Assembly: GCA_965228895.1 (NCBI GenBank)
Contig: OZ245842.1
Coordinates: 1,696,001 to 1,760,000, forward strand
Reading direction: 5' to 3'
DNA: 64,000 nt
Origin: Alphaproteobacteria bacterium
GTDB lineage: Bacteria; Pseudomonadota; Alphaproteobacteria; SP197
This document shows positions 37,323 through 47,384 of this stretch, in pieces. Under the pieces are notes generated by a model. It did no database searches. It was not told the DNA's origin and saw only the letters and a program-made list of their open reading frames with translations. Position numbers and translations under genes: made by a program. Position 1 is the first letter of the stretch. Each line of letters starts with the position of its first letter.

Positions 37323-37450
37323 GGCCGTACCCCGGATCATTGGTCTTGCCGTTGTTCTAGTCGATTTTGCAGGAACGCGAAATCAATGCTTCCCGAGACG
37401 GGAAAGACTGGCCAATGTCGCAATGACCATACGAACGGGGGGAACAGGTT

Positions 37451-38221
37451 ATGGCGAAGGCACCTGTGATGATTGTGACCGGCGGCAGCCGCGGCATCGG
37501 CGCTGCCATTGCGCGGCTGGCGGGCCAGCGCGGCTACGACGTCTGTGTCAACTTCGCGGCCTCGGCCGACCGTGCTGAGGCGGTTGCCGGCAAGATAAGG
37601 GCGGCCGGCCGCAATGCCGTCGCGGTGAAGGCCGACGTGGCAAAACCCGATGATGTCGAACGTTTGTTTCAGGAAACCGACAGTGCGCTGGGCGGCGTCG
37701 ACGTGCTGGTCAACAATGCCGGTATCTCCATCGAAACGCCGGTCGCCGACCATGATGTCGCGACGATCCAGTCGATGATCGACACCAACCTGCTCGGGCC
37801 CATGTTGACGACGCGCCAAGCAATCCGGCGCATGTCGACGACGAGGGGCGGCAAGGGTGGTGTCATCATCAATATCTCGTCGATCTCTGCCATTTATGGC
37901 GGCCTGCCTGGCGACGTCGTTTACGCCGGTACGAAGGGCGGCCTCGACTCGTTCACCCTGGGCATCGCCAAAGAGGTCGGTCAGGAAGGCATCAGGGTGT
38001 GCTGCGTGCGCCCCGGTCTGATCCGCACCGAAATCTGGGACGACGGCATGGGTCAGGACGAGGTCATCGAGCTCGGCAAGAAGGCCGTGCCGATGGGACG
38101 CATCGGCGAGGTCGACGAGATCGCCTCGGCAACCCTGTGGCTTGCCTCCGACGAAGCAGCCTACATGACCGGCGCCATCATCAATGTCAGCGGTGGCCGC
38201 GAGACCTTTGTGCGCACCTGA
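37451..38221 (+). CDS. Short-chain dehydrogenase/reductase
   Basis: TGGSRGIG, NNAG, YAGTK. Confidence 0.9.
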   Translation: MAKAPVMIVTGGSRGIGAAIARLAGQRGYDVCVNFAASADRAEAVAGKIRAAGRNAVAVKADVAKPDDVERLFQETDSALGGVDVLVNNAGISIETPVADHDVATIQSMIDTNLLGPMLTTRQAIRRMSTTRGGKGGVIINISSISAIYGGLPGDVVYAGTKGGLDSFTLGIAKEVGQEGIRVCCVRPGLIRTEIWDDGMGQDEVIELGKKAVPMGRIGEVDEIASATLWLASDEAAYMTGAIINVSGGRETFVRT

Positions 38222-38242
38222 CTCGGCAGAGCCGGAAGCGTC

Positions 38243-39355
38243 TTAGGTAAAGCGGCCGAACGCAAAGGGCGCGAGCAGTTCCGGCCGTTCGCCTTCCAGG
38301 AACCACGCAGCGATCAGTTGCGCGGTGGCCGGCGCGATGGCCCAGCCGTGGCCGCTCCAACCCGTCGCGAAGATGACGTTGGCGAGGCCCGGCGGGCGGT
38401 CAATGATGGGGATGCCGTCAATCGAATCGGCTTCCAGGTGCCCGGCATCGGCGATCTCGACCTTAAGGCCGTCCAGCAAGGGGTAGACCGCGACCGCATC
38501 GGCCACATTGGCGGCGACCTCTTCGGGGATTGTTGTTCCAGTCTGCGTCGTGTCGTCCCAGCGGCCGGGGCGCCCGCCGGAAATCATCAGGCGACCGTCC
38601 TCCTCGCGTTTCAGCGACAGCGTGCGGCTGGTATGGCCGATAAGGTGCCGCACCGGATTGTCCGCCAGCGGTTCGGAGACCAGGGCCTGAAACGGCAGGT
38701 TCCAAGTCGGCAGGTCGAGCCAGGGGGTTAGCAATTCGCGGACGCCGCTGTTGGCGAGCAGGAAAACGGTCCCGGTAACGGGAATGGTGTCGCCCGCACC
38801 GGTCTCGATCGCGACAACGCGGTCGTCCCGGGTCACTAGACGTACGGCGTTGACGCCCTCGCGTACATCCGTTCCCGCTGCCTTGGCGGCGGCGGCGTAG
38901 GCCCGCGTCGTCGCGCCATGGTCCGCGACGCCGTCGCTTGCACAATAGACCGCTGCTTGGATCGACGGGGCGACATCGGGCTCCAACGCCAGCAGATCGT
39001 CGCGCGACAGCAGTTGTGTAGGCGTATCGCACAGATTTTGGATGGTCACCCGGGCTTCTGCGGCCGCCAGATCCGTCGTCAGTTCCAGCAACATCAGATG
39101 TCCTGTCTGCTCGAACAACGGCGCCACGCCGAGGCCTTCGTGGAGTGTCGGCCACAACGCGCGTGAACGCGCCATCAACGGGAGTTCGCGATGATCGCGA
39201 TAGTTTGCCCGGACACCACGCCGGCCCGGTCCGCCGGACGCGCCGGACGCCACGTGTTTGGCTTCGATCAGCATGACGTCGGCGCCACGCGCCGATAGTT
39301 CCCAGGCGACAGCAGTGCCATAGACACCGCCGCCAACGATAACGTTCTCCGCCAT
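38243..39355 (-). CDS. FAD-dependent D-amino-acid/sarcosine oxidase family (DadA/SoxB-like)
   Basis: VIVGGGVYG, ASGASG, DGIPII, GWSGHGW. Confidence 0.85.
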   Translation of the reverse strand: MAENVIVGGGVYGTAVAWELSARGADVMLIEAKHVASGASGGPGRRGVRANYRDHRELPLMARSRALWPTLHEGLGVAPLFEQTGHLMLLELTTDLAAAEARVTIQNLCDTPTQLLSRDDLLALEPDVAPSIQAAVYCASDGVADHGATTRAYAAAAKAAGTDVREGVNAVRLVTRDDRVVAIETGAGDTIPVTGTVFLLANSGVRELLTPWLDLPTWNLPFQALVSEPLADNPVRHLIGHTSRTLSLKREEDGRLMISGGRPGRWDDTTQTGTTIPEEVAANVADAVAVYPLLDGLKVEIADAGHLEADSIDGIPIIDRPPGLANVIFATGWSGHGWAIAPATAQLIAAWFLEGERPELLAPFAFGRFT

Positions 39356-39460
39356 GAATGACGTACCCCTTCGACGCACCCGTTTGACGTTGCCCATCCA
39401 ATCGGTGGATGGCGGCGCGAAACCTAGCAGATCACGTGCGCGTTAGGGGCTTCTCAGGAT

Positions 39461-39700
39461 TCAAGCCCGCCAGAAGGGTTTGGTCGCTTCGTGCCGGGCC
39501 GCCTGATGGGTCAGGCCGATATCGTCGAGCTCGTGGCTTTCCAGTCGGGCAAGCGCCTGGCGGCTACGGGACCGGTGCGTCCAAATTGCCAGATCGGTCA
39601 GCATACGGGCCACCAGGGGGCCGCAGCGGCTGTCGGACTGACGGAGATGTTCAAGCACCCGATCGCCGCAAAAAATTTGATGGGTAGGTAGAGAAGGCAA
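39461..39700 (-). CDS. DUF1127 family small protein (start uncertain)
   Basis: W..RSRSRQALARLESHELDDIGL...EATKPFWRA. Confidence 0.8.
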   Translation of the reverse strand: MPSLPTHQIFCGDRVLEHLRQSDSRCGPLVARMLTDLAIWTHRSRSRQALARLESHELDDIGLTHQAARHEATKPFWRA

Positions 39701-39788
39701 GGCAGGCTCCCAGTAAGAGAGTTGAGGCTAGGTGCAACGATGTAGGGCCCTATCCGTCACTCCGCAAACCATGTAATCTGATGGGGTC

Positions 39789-39803
39789 ATCTAATTTTCT
39801 CAT
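39789..39803. promoter_or_regulatory. LysR T-N11-A box
   Basis: ATCTAATTTTCTCAT in the divergent DUF1127/LysR promoter. Confidence 0.45.
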
Positions 39804-39811
39804 GGGGTTCC

Positions 39812-40750
39812 ATGGCCCGCTGGCTTCCGTCACTCAACGCCATGCGTGCGTTCGAAGCGGCCGCGCGCCACTTGAGCTTTACCCGCGCCGCCGAAGAGCT
39901 TCATGTCAGCCAGGGCGCGGTCAGCCACCACGTCAAGACGCTGGAGGAGCAACTCGAGACCAAGCTGTTCGACCGCAAGCCCGGCGGTCTGGCGCTGACT
40001 GAAGCGGGCGCCGCCTATCTGCCGGTGCTGCGCGACGCCTTCGACCGCTTGGCCCGCGGCACCGCCGACATCACCCAGCGCCAAACCTCCAACATCCTGA
40101 CCGTCAGCGTGTCGCCAAACTTCGCCGCGCGTTGGTTGGTCCATCGGCTGGGCGACTTTGCCGCCACACACCCGGATATCGACCTGCGGGTTTCGGCAGC
40201 CATGGAGCACATCGATTTTGCCGTGGGCGATCTGGATGTCGCGGTGCGCCACGGCGACGGCAGCTGGACCGATCTTCACGTCACACCGCTGATCCGCGAG
40301 GAAGTCTATCCCGTCATCAGCCCGACCCTTCTGGAACGTGGCCCGCCGCTCAACGAACCCAACGATCTCCGCCACTTCACGCTGCTGCACGATTTGAGTT
40401 CGCGAGGCTGGTCCGACTGGCTCGATAAGGCCGGCGCCGACAAGGTCGATGTGGAGCGAGGGCCGTTCTTCAACATGACCAGTCTGGCGCTCGATGCGGC
40501 GGTGACCGGGCAGGGGGTTGCGCTTGCGCGGCGTGCGCTCGCCACACAGGATCTGGTTGGCGGGCGGCTGTTGCGCCCGTTTGACATCACGCTGACATCC
40601 GAACGCGGCTACTTCATCGTGTGTCCTGAGGCTTCCGCCGACATTCCCAAGATCGTGCGGTTCCGCGAATGGCTCCTGGCCGAAAACCAGCGCGACCTGA
40701 AGAAACTCAAGGCGCTCTATGGGCGTCCAGTGTCGCCAGCGTCGCGCTGA
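39812..40750 (+). CDS. LysR regulator, GcvA-like
   Basis: LPSLNAMRAFEAAARHLSFTRAAEELHVSQGAVS. Confidence 0.93.
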   Translation: MARWLPSLNAMRAFEAAARHLSFTRAAEELHVSQGAVSHHVKTLEEQLETKLFDRKPGGLALTEAGAAYLPVLRDAFDRLARGTADITQRQTSNILTVSVSPNFAARWLVHRLGDFAATHPDIDLRVSAAMEHIDFAVGDLDVAVRHGDGSWTDLHVTPLIREEVYPVISPTLLERGPPLNEPNDLRHFTLLHDLSSRGWSDWLDKAGADKVDVERGPFFNMTSLALDAAVTGQGVALARRALATQDLVGGRLLRPFDITLTSERGYFIVCPEASADIPKIVRFREWLLAENQRDLKKLKALYGRPVSPASR

Positions 40751-41330
40751 CAGACGGACGGTCGGCCAGACGGTCGGCCCATGCGGACAGGTGCGGCCGG
40801 TCGGGCCGCCAGTCGATGTCCGGATTGGTCCGTTCCAGTTGAAGTGCGCTGATCAACACGATCTGCGTCATGCTTAGCGGTCCCTGCATGAGGGGGTCGT
40901 CGATTTCGTTTTCCCAAACTTCGGTCAGTCGGCGACAACGCTTCCGTTCGTGTTTGATGATGCCAGGCGACCGCTCATTCTCCGGCCGATACCTTTCGCG
41001 CGTCCAAACTGCCAGGCCGCCCAAGAGGCTATGGGCGAGCGCCTCCAGCCGGCGGTCATGCCACCCCGCCTCATCGTCGCGGTGTCCAAACAGTGGTTGG
41101 TCGTCCAGTTGGTCGAGGTAGGCGCAGATCAGCGCAGAATCCTCAAGGCCGAGGCCATCTTCGGTGATCAGGTAGGGAACCCTGCCGGACGGATTGATCT
41201 GATAATAGGGGCTGTCGGCTTCGCGCGTTCGCGCATGGACGACCGTCACGCGATCACCCAGCCCTTTTTCCAGCACCACGATGCGGGGCAAGCGGGCATA
41301 GGGCGAGTTCGGCGTGACGAACAGCTCCAT
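40707..41330 (-). CDS. Glutathione S-transferase family protein
   Basis: NSPYAR, INPSGRVPYL, EDSALICAYLD. Confidence 0.85.
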   Translation of the reverse strand: MELFVTPNSPYARLPRIVVLEKGLGDRVTVVHARTREADSPYYQINPSGRVPYLITEDGLGLEDSALICAYLDQLDDQPLFGHRDDEAGWHDRRLEALAHSLLGGLAVWTRERYRPENERSPGIIKHERKRCRRLTEVWENEIDDPLMQGPLSMTQIVLISALQLERTNPDIDWRPDRPHLSAWADRLADRPSVSATLATLDAHRAP

Positions 41331-41338
41331 GGGTCGGG

Positions 41339-42154
41339 CTAGTACCCTTTGAACACGGGCTTGCGTTTTTCGGCAAAGCTACGCGGGCCTTCCTTGGCAT
41401 CCTCGGAGTGCAGCATTTTCTTGTAGAGTGGCAGGGCCTCGTCGTGCAGCACCTTGAAACACTCGGGGATCGAGTGGTGCATGGCGTAGCGGACGATTTC
41501 CTTGGTCGCCATCAGCGCCAAGGGGCCGGCTTCAGCCAGGTGGTCGGCCTGCTCGCGGGCGCGGTCCATGAGTTTCTCGGGCTCGACGATCTCGTTCACA
41601 AGGCCCCACTTCAAGGCCTCCTCCGCGCCCATGCGCCGGCCGGCCATCATGATGTCCATGGCGACGACAAAGGGCAGGCGGCGCGGAATGATCTGCACCG
41701 CGCCGGCATCGGCGATGAATCCCATATGGGCATCGGGAATGAAAAACTGGGCGTGCGGCACGGCATAGGCGAAGTCGCAGGAGAGCGCTATCTCCCAACC
41801 GCCGCCGACCGCGTAACCGTTGATCGCCGCGATGACGGGTTTGTAGAGATCGAACATCTCGGTGATGCCGGCAAAGCCGCCTTCCGGCTGATCGGCCCAG
41901 GCGTCGCGGTCCTTGCCTGCCGCGTCGGCGGCGTCGAACTCCGCGGCGCCTTCCTTCAAATCCCAGCCCGGCGAAAAGAACTTCTCGCCCGCGCCGGTGA
42001 CGATGCCGACCATCAGCTCGGAATCGTCGCGCAGCATCACGAAGGCGTCCGACAGCGCGTGGCTGACCTTGCGGCCGATGGCGTTGGCGGGCGGGTTGTC
42101 GATGGTGATTTCGAGAACCTTACCGCGCCGTTCGGTGTGGACGACGTCGCTCAT
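41339..42154 (-). CDS. caiD: Crotonase, carnitinyl-CoA dehydratase-like
   Basis: GAGEKFFSPGWDLK, GGFAGITE, KPVIAAINGYAVGGG, EGPRSFAEKR. Confidence 0.7.
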   Translation of the reverse strand: MSDVVHTERRGKVLEITIDNPPANAIGRKVSHALSDAFVMLRDDSELMVGIVTGAGEKFFSPGWDLKEGAAEFDAADAAGKDRDAWADQPEGGFAGITEMFDLYKPVIAAINGYAVGGGWEIALSCDFAYAVPHAQFFIPDAHMGFIADAGAVQIIPRRLPFVVAMDIMMAGRRMGAEEALKWGLVNEIVEPEKLMDRAREQADHLAEAGPLALMATKEIVRYAMHHSIPECFKVLHDEALPLYKKMLHSEDAKEGPRSFAEKRKPVFKGY

Positions 42155-44254
42155 TCAAGCCTCCTTGTCGTTGGTTTGGCGGATCAGGGCGTCGACCGCC
42201 AGGACACCTTCGCCCTCGGCCATGACAAATAGCGGGTTGACGTCGAGTTCGGCAAGCCGCCCCCGGTTGTCGTGGGCATAGCTGCCGATCGCCATGACGG
42301 CGCTGACCAGGGCATCGATATCGGCTCTCGGCGCGCCGCGGAATCCGTCCAGCAGCTTGGCGATCTTGAGCCTGGCGATCGCGCGGCGCACATCGTCGTC
42401 GCTGATCGGCAGAAGAAGACTGACGGCATCGCGGAACAGCTCGACCAGCACGCCGCCGGCGCCGATGACGAGTACCGGTCCGAAACTGTCGTTGTGGGTG
42501 ACACCGACAAGCACTTCGGCAATCGGCTTCGGCGCCATCGGCTCAATCAGCACCGCGGTGACGCCGAGGCGGTCCGCCATATCGTTGGCGGCACGTTGCA
42601 CGGCGTCCTTATCGTCCAGGCCAAGCACGACGCCACCGACATCAGTCTTATGCAGGATTGAGTCACTTAGCAGTTTGACGACGACCGGAAACCCAAGCGA
42701 TACGGCGACCTCGCCGGCCTCGGCTATCGGCGCCACACGGCCATCGGGTATGGGCAGGCCATAAGCGGCGAGTGCTTTCTTGCTTTCCGCCTCGTTCATC
42801 GCGACGGGTTCGCCAACCAACGCGCTGGCCGATGGGACGACAAGGCCATCGACGTCGCGACGCGCCATCAGCTCGCGGCGGCGTTCGCCGAACAGGCAGG
42901 TTTTCGCAAGCGCATGGACGCCCTCACGAATGCCCTGCAGGGCGGCGACGCCCGCGTTGTGGGCGATGGTGCGGGGGCGGGGGGTCGAGTTCTCCGGCAT
43001 GGATGTGGTCCAGGCCATGGGAATGCCCGTCTTCGCCTGGGTGTGGCAGAGCGCGCGCAGGACGGCATCCGAACCATCGACCTCTCCGGTGTCTTCCGGA
43101 TTGGTGTCCATCACCAACAGTCCGGCGTCGACGTTGTCGTCGACCAGAACCGGGAAAATCCTGCTCAGCGTGTCGTAGTCGCCCCAGAAATTGGTGTTGT
43201 AGTCGAGCGGGTTGGTGATGTTGGCGAAATCAGGCATCACCTTGCGCAGGCTGTCGTACTGGCCTTGATCCGGTTGCGGCAGCTCGATGCCGAACGGTTC
43301 GGCGAGGTCGGCGACCGTCTCCGAATCGCCGCCTGAGCACGTGTAGACAACGATGCGGCGACCTTCCGGAACCCCGGTGTGGGTGATGAACTTGGCGGTC
43401 TCCAGCATGTCGGCGGGCGCCTCGACCCGAATGATGCCGAGGCGGTCAAACAACGCCTGATACATCGCGTCGTCACCGGCCAACGACGCCGTGTGCGTCA
43501 ACGCAAGCTTCTTGCCCATGGCCGACACGCCTGCTTTGTGCGCGATAATCGGCTTGCCGGCTTCCAGAGCGCGGGCGGCAATGCGGCTGAACCGCGCAAT
43601 GTCGGGGATGGTCTCGATAAAGAGCGTGAAGCACGTGATCGCGGGATCATCGACCAGCACATCCAAATAGTCGGAGATATCCAACACCGACTGATTGCCA
43701 CAGGAGATGACATAGGCGAGCGGCGCCGAACGTTGGTTGTTGCAGACGTTGACACAGAGATTGCCGCTTTGCGCGATGAACGCCGAACCGCGCTCGACCC
43801 TTTCGCCAAGCGACGGGATTGCGAGCAACGGCACGCCGTGCAGAAAGTTGTTGATGCCATAGCAATTGGGGCCGACCAGCGCGAGGTCGCCGGCGTTGGC
43901 GACAAGTTCGGCTTCCAACTCAAAACCGACACCGCCGACTTCACGGTAGCCTGCGGCATAGCAGATAACGCCGCCGGCGTTCATGCCGTTGAGTTCGGTG
44001 ACGATGGAATTCGTCATCTCACGATTGACCGCGAGGAACGTGGCGTCCGGCGCGCCCGGCAGATCATCGACCGACTTGAAACAGGGTAGGCCGGCCAACT
44101 CGTCGAGCTTGGGATTGACGACCCAGACCTCGCCGTTGAAACCCATGCGCCGGTTGGCGTTGATCGTGTGCTCCAGGAAGGAGCCGCCGATGTAGCAGAC
44201 GGTGCGCGGGTTAAGCGTGCGCTGCAGGTTGTGCCGACGTGTCTCGCTCAGCAT
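42155..44254 (-). CDS. NDP-forming acyl-CoA synthetase (acetate-CoA ligase family, alpha-beta fusion)
   Basis: GPNCYG, QSGN, HTASLAG, NPLDY, HKTDVGGV, ELDVNPL; start ATG 44254. Confidence 0.88.
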   Translation of the reverse strand: MLSETRRHNLQRTLNPRTVCYIGGSFLEHTINANRRMGFNGEVWVVNPKLDELAGLPCFKSVDDLPGAPDATFLAVNREMTNSIVTELNGMNAGGVICYAAGYREVGGVGFELEAELVANAGDLALVGPNCYGINNFLHGVPLLAIPSLGERVERGSAFIAQSGNLCVNVCNNQRSAPLAYVISCGNQSVLDISDYLDVLVDDPAITCFTLFIETIPDIARFSRIAARALEAGKPIIAHKAGVSAMGKKLALTHTASLAGDDAMYQALFDRLGIIRVEAPADMLETAKFITHTGVPEGRRIVVYTCSGGDSETVADLAEPFGIELPQPDQGQYDSLRKVMPDFANITNPLDYNTNFWGDYDTLSRIFPVLVDDNVDAGLLVMDTNPEDTGEVDGSDAVLRALCHTQAKTGIPMAWTTSMPENSTPRPRTIAHNAGVAALQGIREGVHALAKTCLFGERRRELMARRDVDGLVVPSASALVGEPVAMNEAESKKALAAYGLPIPDGRVAPIAEAGEVAVSLGFPVVVKLLSDSILHKTDVGGVVLGLDDKDAVQRAANDMADRLGVTAVLIEPMAPKPIAEVLVGVTHNDSFGPVLVIGAGGVLVELFRDAVSLLLPISDDDVRRAIARLKIAKLLDGFRGAPRADIDALVSAVMAIGSYAHDNRGRLAELDVNPLFVMAEGEGVLAVDALIRQTNDKEA

Positions 44255-44268
44255 GACGATACTCCGCC

Positions 44269-45114
44269 TTAGGGCTTCTTCGGTTTCATGGCGGCCCAGT
44301 CGTCGTCCGTCATGGCGCGCAGGAAGTTGAATTGCCCGGCGCCTTGCAACCACTCGCCGCCGTCGATCGTGATGACGTCACCGTTGATGTAGCCCGAACC
44401 GTCAGCCATCAAAAAGACCGCGAGGTCGGCGAGTTCCTGGTGTTCGCCGACACGCCCCAGCGGCACGCTTGATTCACTCAGACCGTCTGCCAGCGATCCG
44501 CTCTTGGGCATGAGTCGATCCCATGCGCCGGGTGTCGGAAACGGTCCGGGCGCGATGGCATTGAGGCGGATACCACGATTGCCCCATTCAACGGCCAGGC
44601 TGCGTGTCATGGCGAGCACGCCGGCCTTGGCCATGGCCGAGGGCACCACATAACCCGATCCCGTCCAGGCATAGGTCGTCACGATGTTGATGACCGTCGC
44701 AGGATCATCGGCCGCCAGCCACTTTTTGCCGCAGGCGAGTGTCACGTAACAGGTGCCGTGCAGCACGATGTTCAGCACCGCGTCGACCGCACGGTGTGAC
44801 AGGTCTTCGGTCTTGGAGATGAAGTTGCCGGCGGCGTTGTTGACCAACCCGTGCAGCGGGCCGTCCTGCCAGATCGCCTCGACCATCGCCGCCACCGCAT
44901 CGGCGTCGCGGATGTCCAGGCTGTGCGCGGTGACCTCAGCGCCGAGTTCGCTGGCGAACGTCTCGGCCGTTTCGTCCAGGACTTCCTGGCGACGCCCGCA
45001 GATGACAAGCTCCGCGCCAAGCTCGCAACAGCGCCGGCCCATCGCCTTGCCGAGGCCACTGCCACCGCCGGTGATCAGGATCTTTTTGCCTTTCAAGAGG
45101 TCGGGCTGGAACAT
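44269..45114 (-). CDS. 2,4-dienoyl-CoA reductase-like SDR
   Basis: TGGGSGLG, NNAAGNF, SAMAKAG, IDGGEWL. Confidence 0.85.
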   Translation of the reverse strand: MFQPDLLKGKKILITGGGSGLGKAMGRRCCELGAELVICGRRQEVLDETAETFASELGAEVTAHSLDIRDADAVAAMVEAIWQDGPLHGLVNNAAGNFISKTEDLSHRAVDAVLNIVLHGTCYVTLACGKKWLAADDPATVINIVTTYAWTGSGYVVPSAMAKAGVLAMTRSLAVEWGNRGIRLNAIAPGPFPTPGAWDRLMPKSGSLADGLSESSVPLGRVGEHQELADLAVFLMADGSGYINGDVITIDGGEWLQGAGQFNFLRAMTDDDWAAMKPKKP

Positions 45115-45171
45115 CGGCAGGATCTTCCCTTGGTGTGTTGTTGTTCGGCAGCAACGGAACGGATCGGCCGG

Positions 45172-45966
45172 TCAATGTCCTTTGAAGACCGGCTCACGTT
45201 TGGCGATGACGGCGGCCATCGCCTCTTTGGCGTCGTCGGTCTTTGCGCAGACGCCGCCGGCGCTCTTTTCTTCGGCAAGCTGGTCGGCGAGGCTTCGGGC
45301 CGACGCGCTATCGATGAGGGCCTTGGTCAGACGAATAGCGACGCTGGGGCCGCTGCCAAGTTTCTCGGCAAAGGCCATGGTTGCTGCTTCGAGCGCGTCG
45401 GGTTCGTGGACCTCGGTCAACATGCCGTTGTCGCGCGCCTGCTCGGCCGACCAGATATCGGCACTGAAGGCGAACCGTTTGGCGGCCTCCAGACCCATCA
45501 GGCGCGGCATGAACCAGGTTCCGCCGGCATCGGGGTTGTAGCCCATGGTCGTGAACGAACAGCGGAACCGTGCCGCCGACGAGGCAAAGCGAAAGTCGCA
45601 TGCAAGCGCCATATCCAGGCCAGCGCCAACCGCCGTGCCGTTGATCATGGCGATGGTGGGGGCGGGCAGGGCATAGAGCATGAGGATCGCCTGATGCATC
45701 TCGCCGACCCAGTCGTGGTCCTCGACAGGCTCGCCCCGGTCGCGGGCAGCCGCCATTTCTGACCATTCCTTCACGTCGGCACCGGCACAGAATCCTTTGC
45801 CACGGCCCGTCAAAACCAGACAGCGCACGGCATCGTCCTTGGCGGCGGTGAAGGCCGCCTGCAGGTCCTTAACAAGCGCGAAGTTAAGCGCGTTGCGGGC
45901 ATCCGGACGGTTCAGCGTCAGCACGCGCACGGCGCCGATATCGGCTTGTTCAAGACTGTCGCTCAC
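45172..45966 (-). CDS. Enoyl-CoA hydratase/isomerase
   Basis: LNRPDARNAL, FCAGAD, GAGLDMALACD. Confidence 0.9.
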   Translation of the reverse strand: MSDSLEQADIGAVRVLTLNRPDARNALNFALVKDLQAAFTAAKDDAVRCLVLTGRGKGFCAGADVKEWSEMAAARDRGEPVEDHDWVGEMHQAILMLYALPAPTIAMINGTAVGAGLDMALACDFRFASSAARFRCSFTTMGYNPDAGGTWFMPRLMGLEAAKRFAFSADIWSAEQARDNGMLTEVHEPDALEAATMAFAEKLGSGPSVAIRLTKALIDSASARSLADQLAEEKSAGGVCAKTDDAKEAMAAVIAKREPVFKGH

Positions 45967-46099
45967 GGTCGTCCTCCCCGAACGCTTGGTTGGCGGGAGT
46001 CATAGCATCCGATCCCGTGTGCGGCGCAACATGAAACCGCAGCGAGTGGGTGGGGCCAGCACGATTTGACGGCAAGCGCGCCGCCGCTCACAGTCGCTG

Positions 46100-47167
46100 G
46101 TGATGTTGTGCTGTCCTCGCTTTGTTTGCGCCATCATCGCTGTCGCGTTCGCTGTCGGCGCCACGCCGGTGGCGAAGGCTAGTGACGAGGTCGTCATGGG
46201 CGCTGTCTTGACGCTGAGTGGCGACGGCGCCGAGATCGGGAACGATATCCTGGAGGGCCTCCAGCGTGCCGTTGATGCGCTGAATGGGATCGGCGGAATC
46301 GAGGTGGCCGGCACGTTTCGTCCGGTTCGGCTGGAGGTTTTCGATGATCAAGGCAGCGACCGGCGCGCCGCCGCCTTGGCACGCGTACTGGTCTTGCGGC
46401 GTGACGCGACGGTTGTCATCGCCGGCTCGCGTCCCTCGGCGGGATTGGCCATCGCGCCGGTTGGTGCCGAGTTCCGCCGGCCCATGATCGATATCATCGG
46501 TCTGCCCGCTAAGGCCGCAACCGACATGGTGCCCTACCACTTCTCGGTGCTGCCTTCGCTGGAGGACCGCTGGATGCCGGCGATCACGTTTGCGGTTCTT
46601 GTCCGGCGGCTGCAAGGCAGCGTCTCGGAAGACCTGTCCCTTGGCCTGATCGCCGACGACATGGTGCTGCGCGATGCGGCGCGGCAGGTTGCCGTAGGCT
46701 GGGGCCTTCGGACGACTGACGAGGCCGACCGCCAGAATGGCAGCGTGGTTTTGTTGCTCGACACGCCCGGAAGGTGGCAAGCGACAATGACGTTCGGCAG
46801 CGGCATCGTCATTGTGCCGGCTTGCCAGGATGCCATCCTGCTGCGCCAGACCCGTCCAACCGGCGCCATCCTATGCACGGGTTTATGGCGGAACGACATT
46901 GCGGCGTCGGCATCTGAGCCGGCGCTTGCCGCGGAGATCGCAATTCTTGCGGTAGCGCAGGCGATTGCGCGCGGGCGCACCGCGTTCGGGCCGGTACTGC
47001 GTGACGTCTTGATGTTGTTGAATGTCGAGACGCCGATCGGTCCCATCAGGTTTGGCGCCGATGGCCGTAATGCCGCTCTCGCTTCCCGGCTCTACGCCGT
47101 TGAGTCCAATGGTCTTCATGAACTTGATGCGGCTGATCCCAGCTCACTCTGGCGTTTGGATCCCTGA
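46100..47167 (+). CDS. Divergent LivJ/K-like substrate-binding protein
   Basis: MGAVLTLSG...AVDALNGIGGIEVAG...VFDDQG and VETPIGPIRFG; middle region looks shortened. Confidence 0.55.
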   Translation: MMLCCPRFVCAIIAVAFAVGATPVAKASDEVVMGAVLTLSGDGAEIGNDILEGLQRAVDALNGIGGIEVAGTFRPVRLEVFDDQGSDRRAAALARVLVLRRDATVVIAGSRPSAGLAIAPVGAEFRRPMIDIIGLPAKAATDMVPYHFSVLPSLEDRWMPAITFAVLVRRLQGSVSEDLSLGLIADDMVLRDAARQVAVGWGLRTTDEADRQNGSVVLLLDTPGRWQATMTFGSGIVIVPACQDAILLRQTRPTGAILCTGLWRNDIAASASEPALAAEIAILAVAQAIARGRTAFGPVLRDVLMLLNVETPIGPIRFGADGRNAALASRLYAVESNGLHELDAADPSSLWRLDP

Positions 47168-47384
47168 AGCCCGGACCGACTGCGGTTGTCCTCGTCTTCT
47201 ACCATCGCGATCTGTTCCTGTGCCGGGATCCGTGCTTTAACTTTCCAATACGTTGGGGGTGCTTGGGGGCATTTGACGTGTGGCATCTGTGTTGTCGCGC
47301 TGGCTGTCGTTGTTGGAGAGCCGGTGCCCGGGTTGCCGCCCTCGATTGAGCAGGTATTGGGTTGATTGAGCGGGGACGTGGACA

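Noticed and set aside
39356-39460. Cuckoo/CcsR sRNAs downstream of DUF1127
   Set aside because: No CCTCCTCCC motifs on the coding strand.
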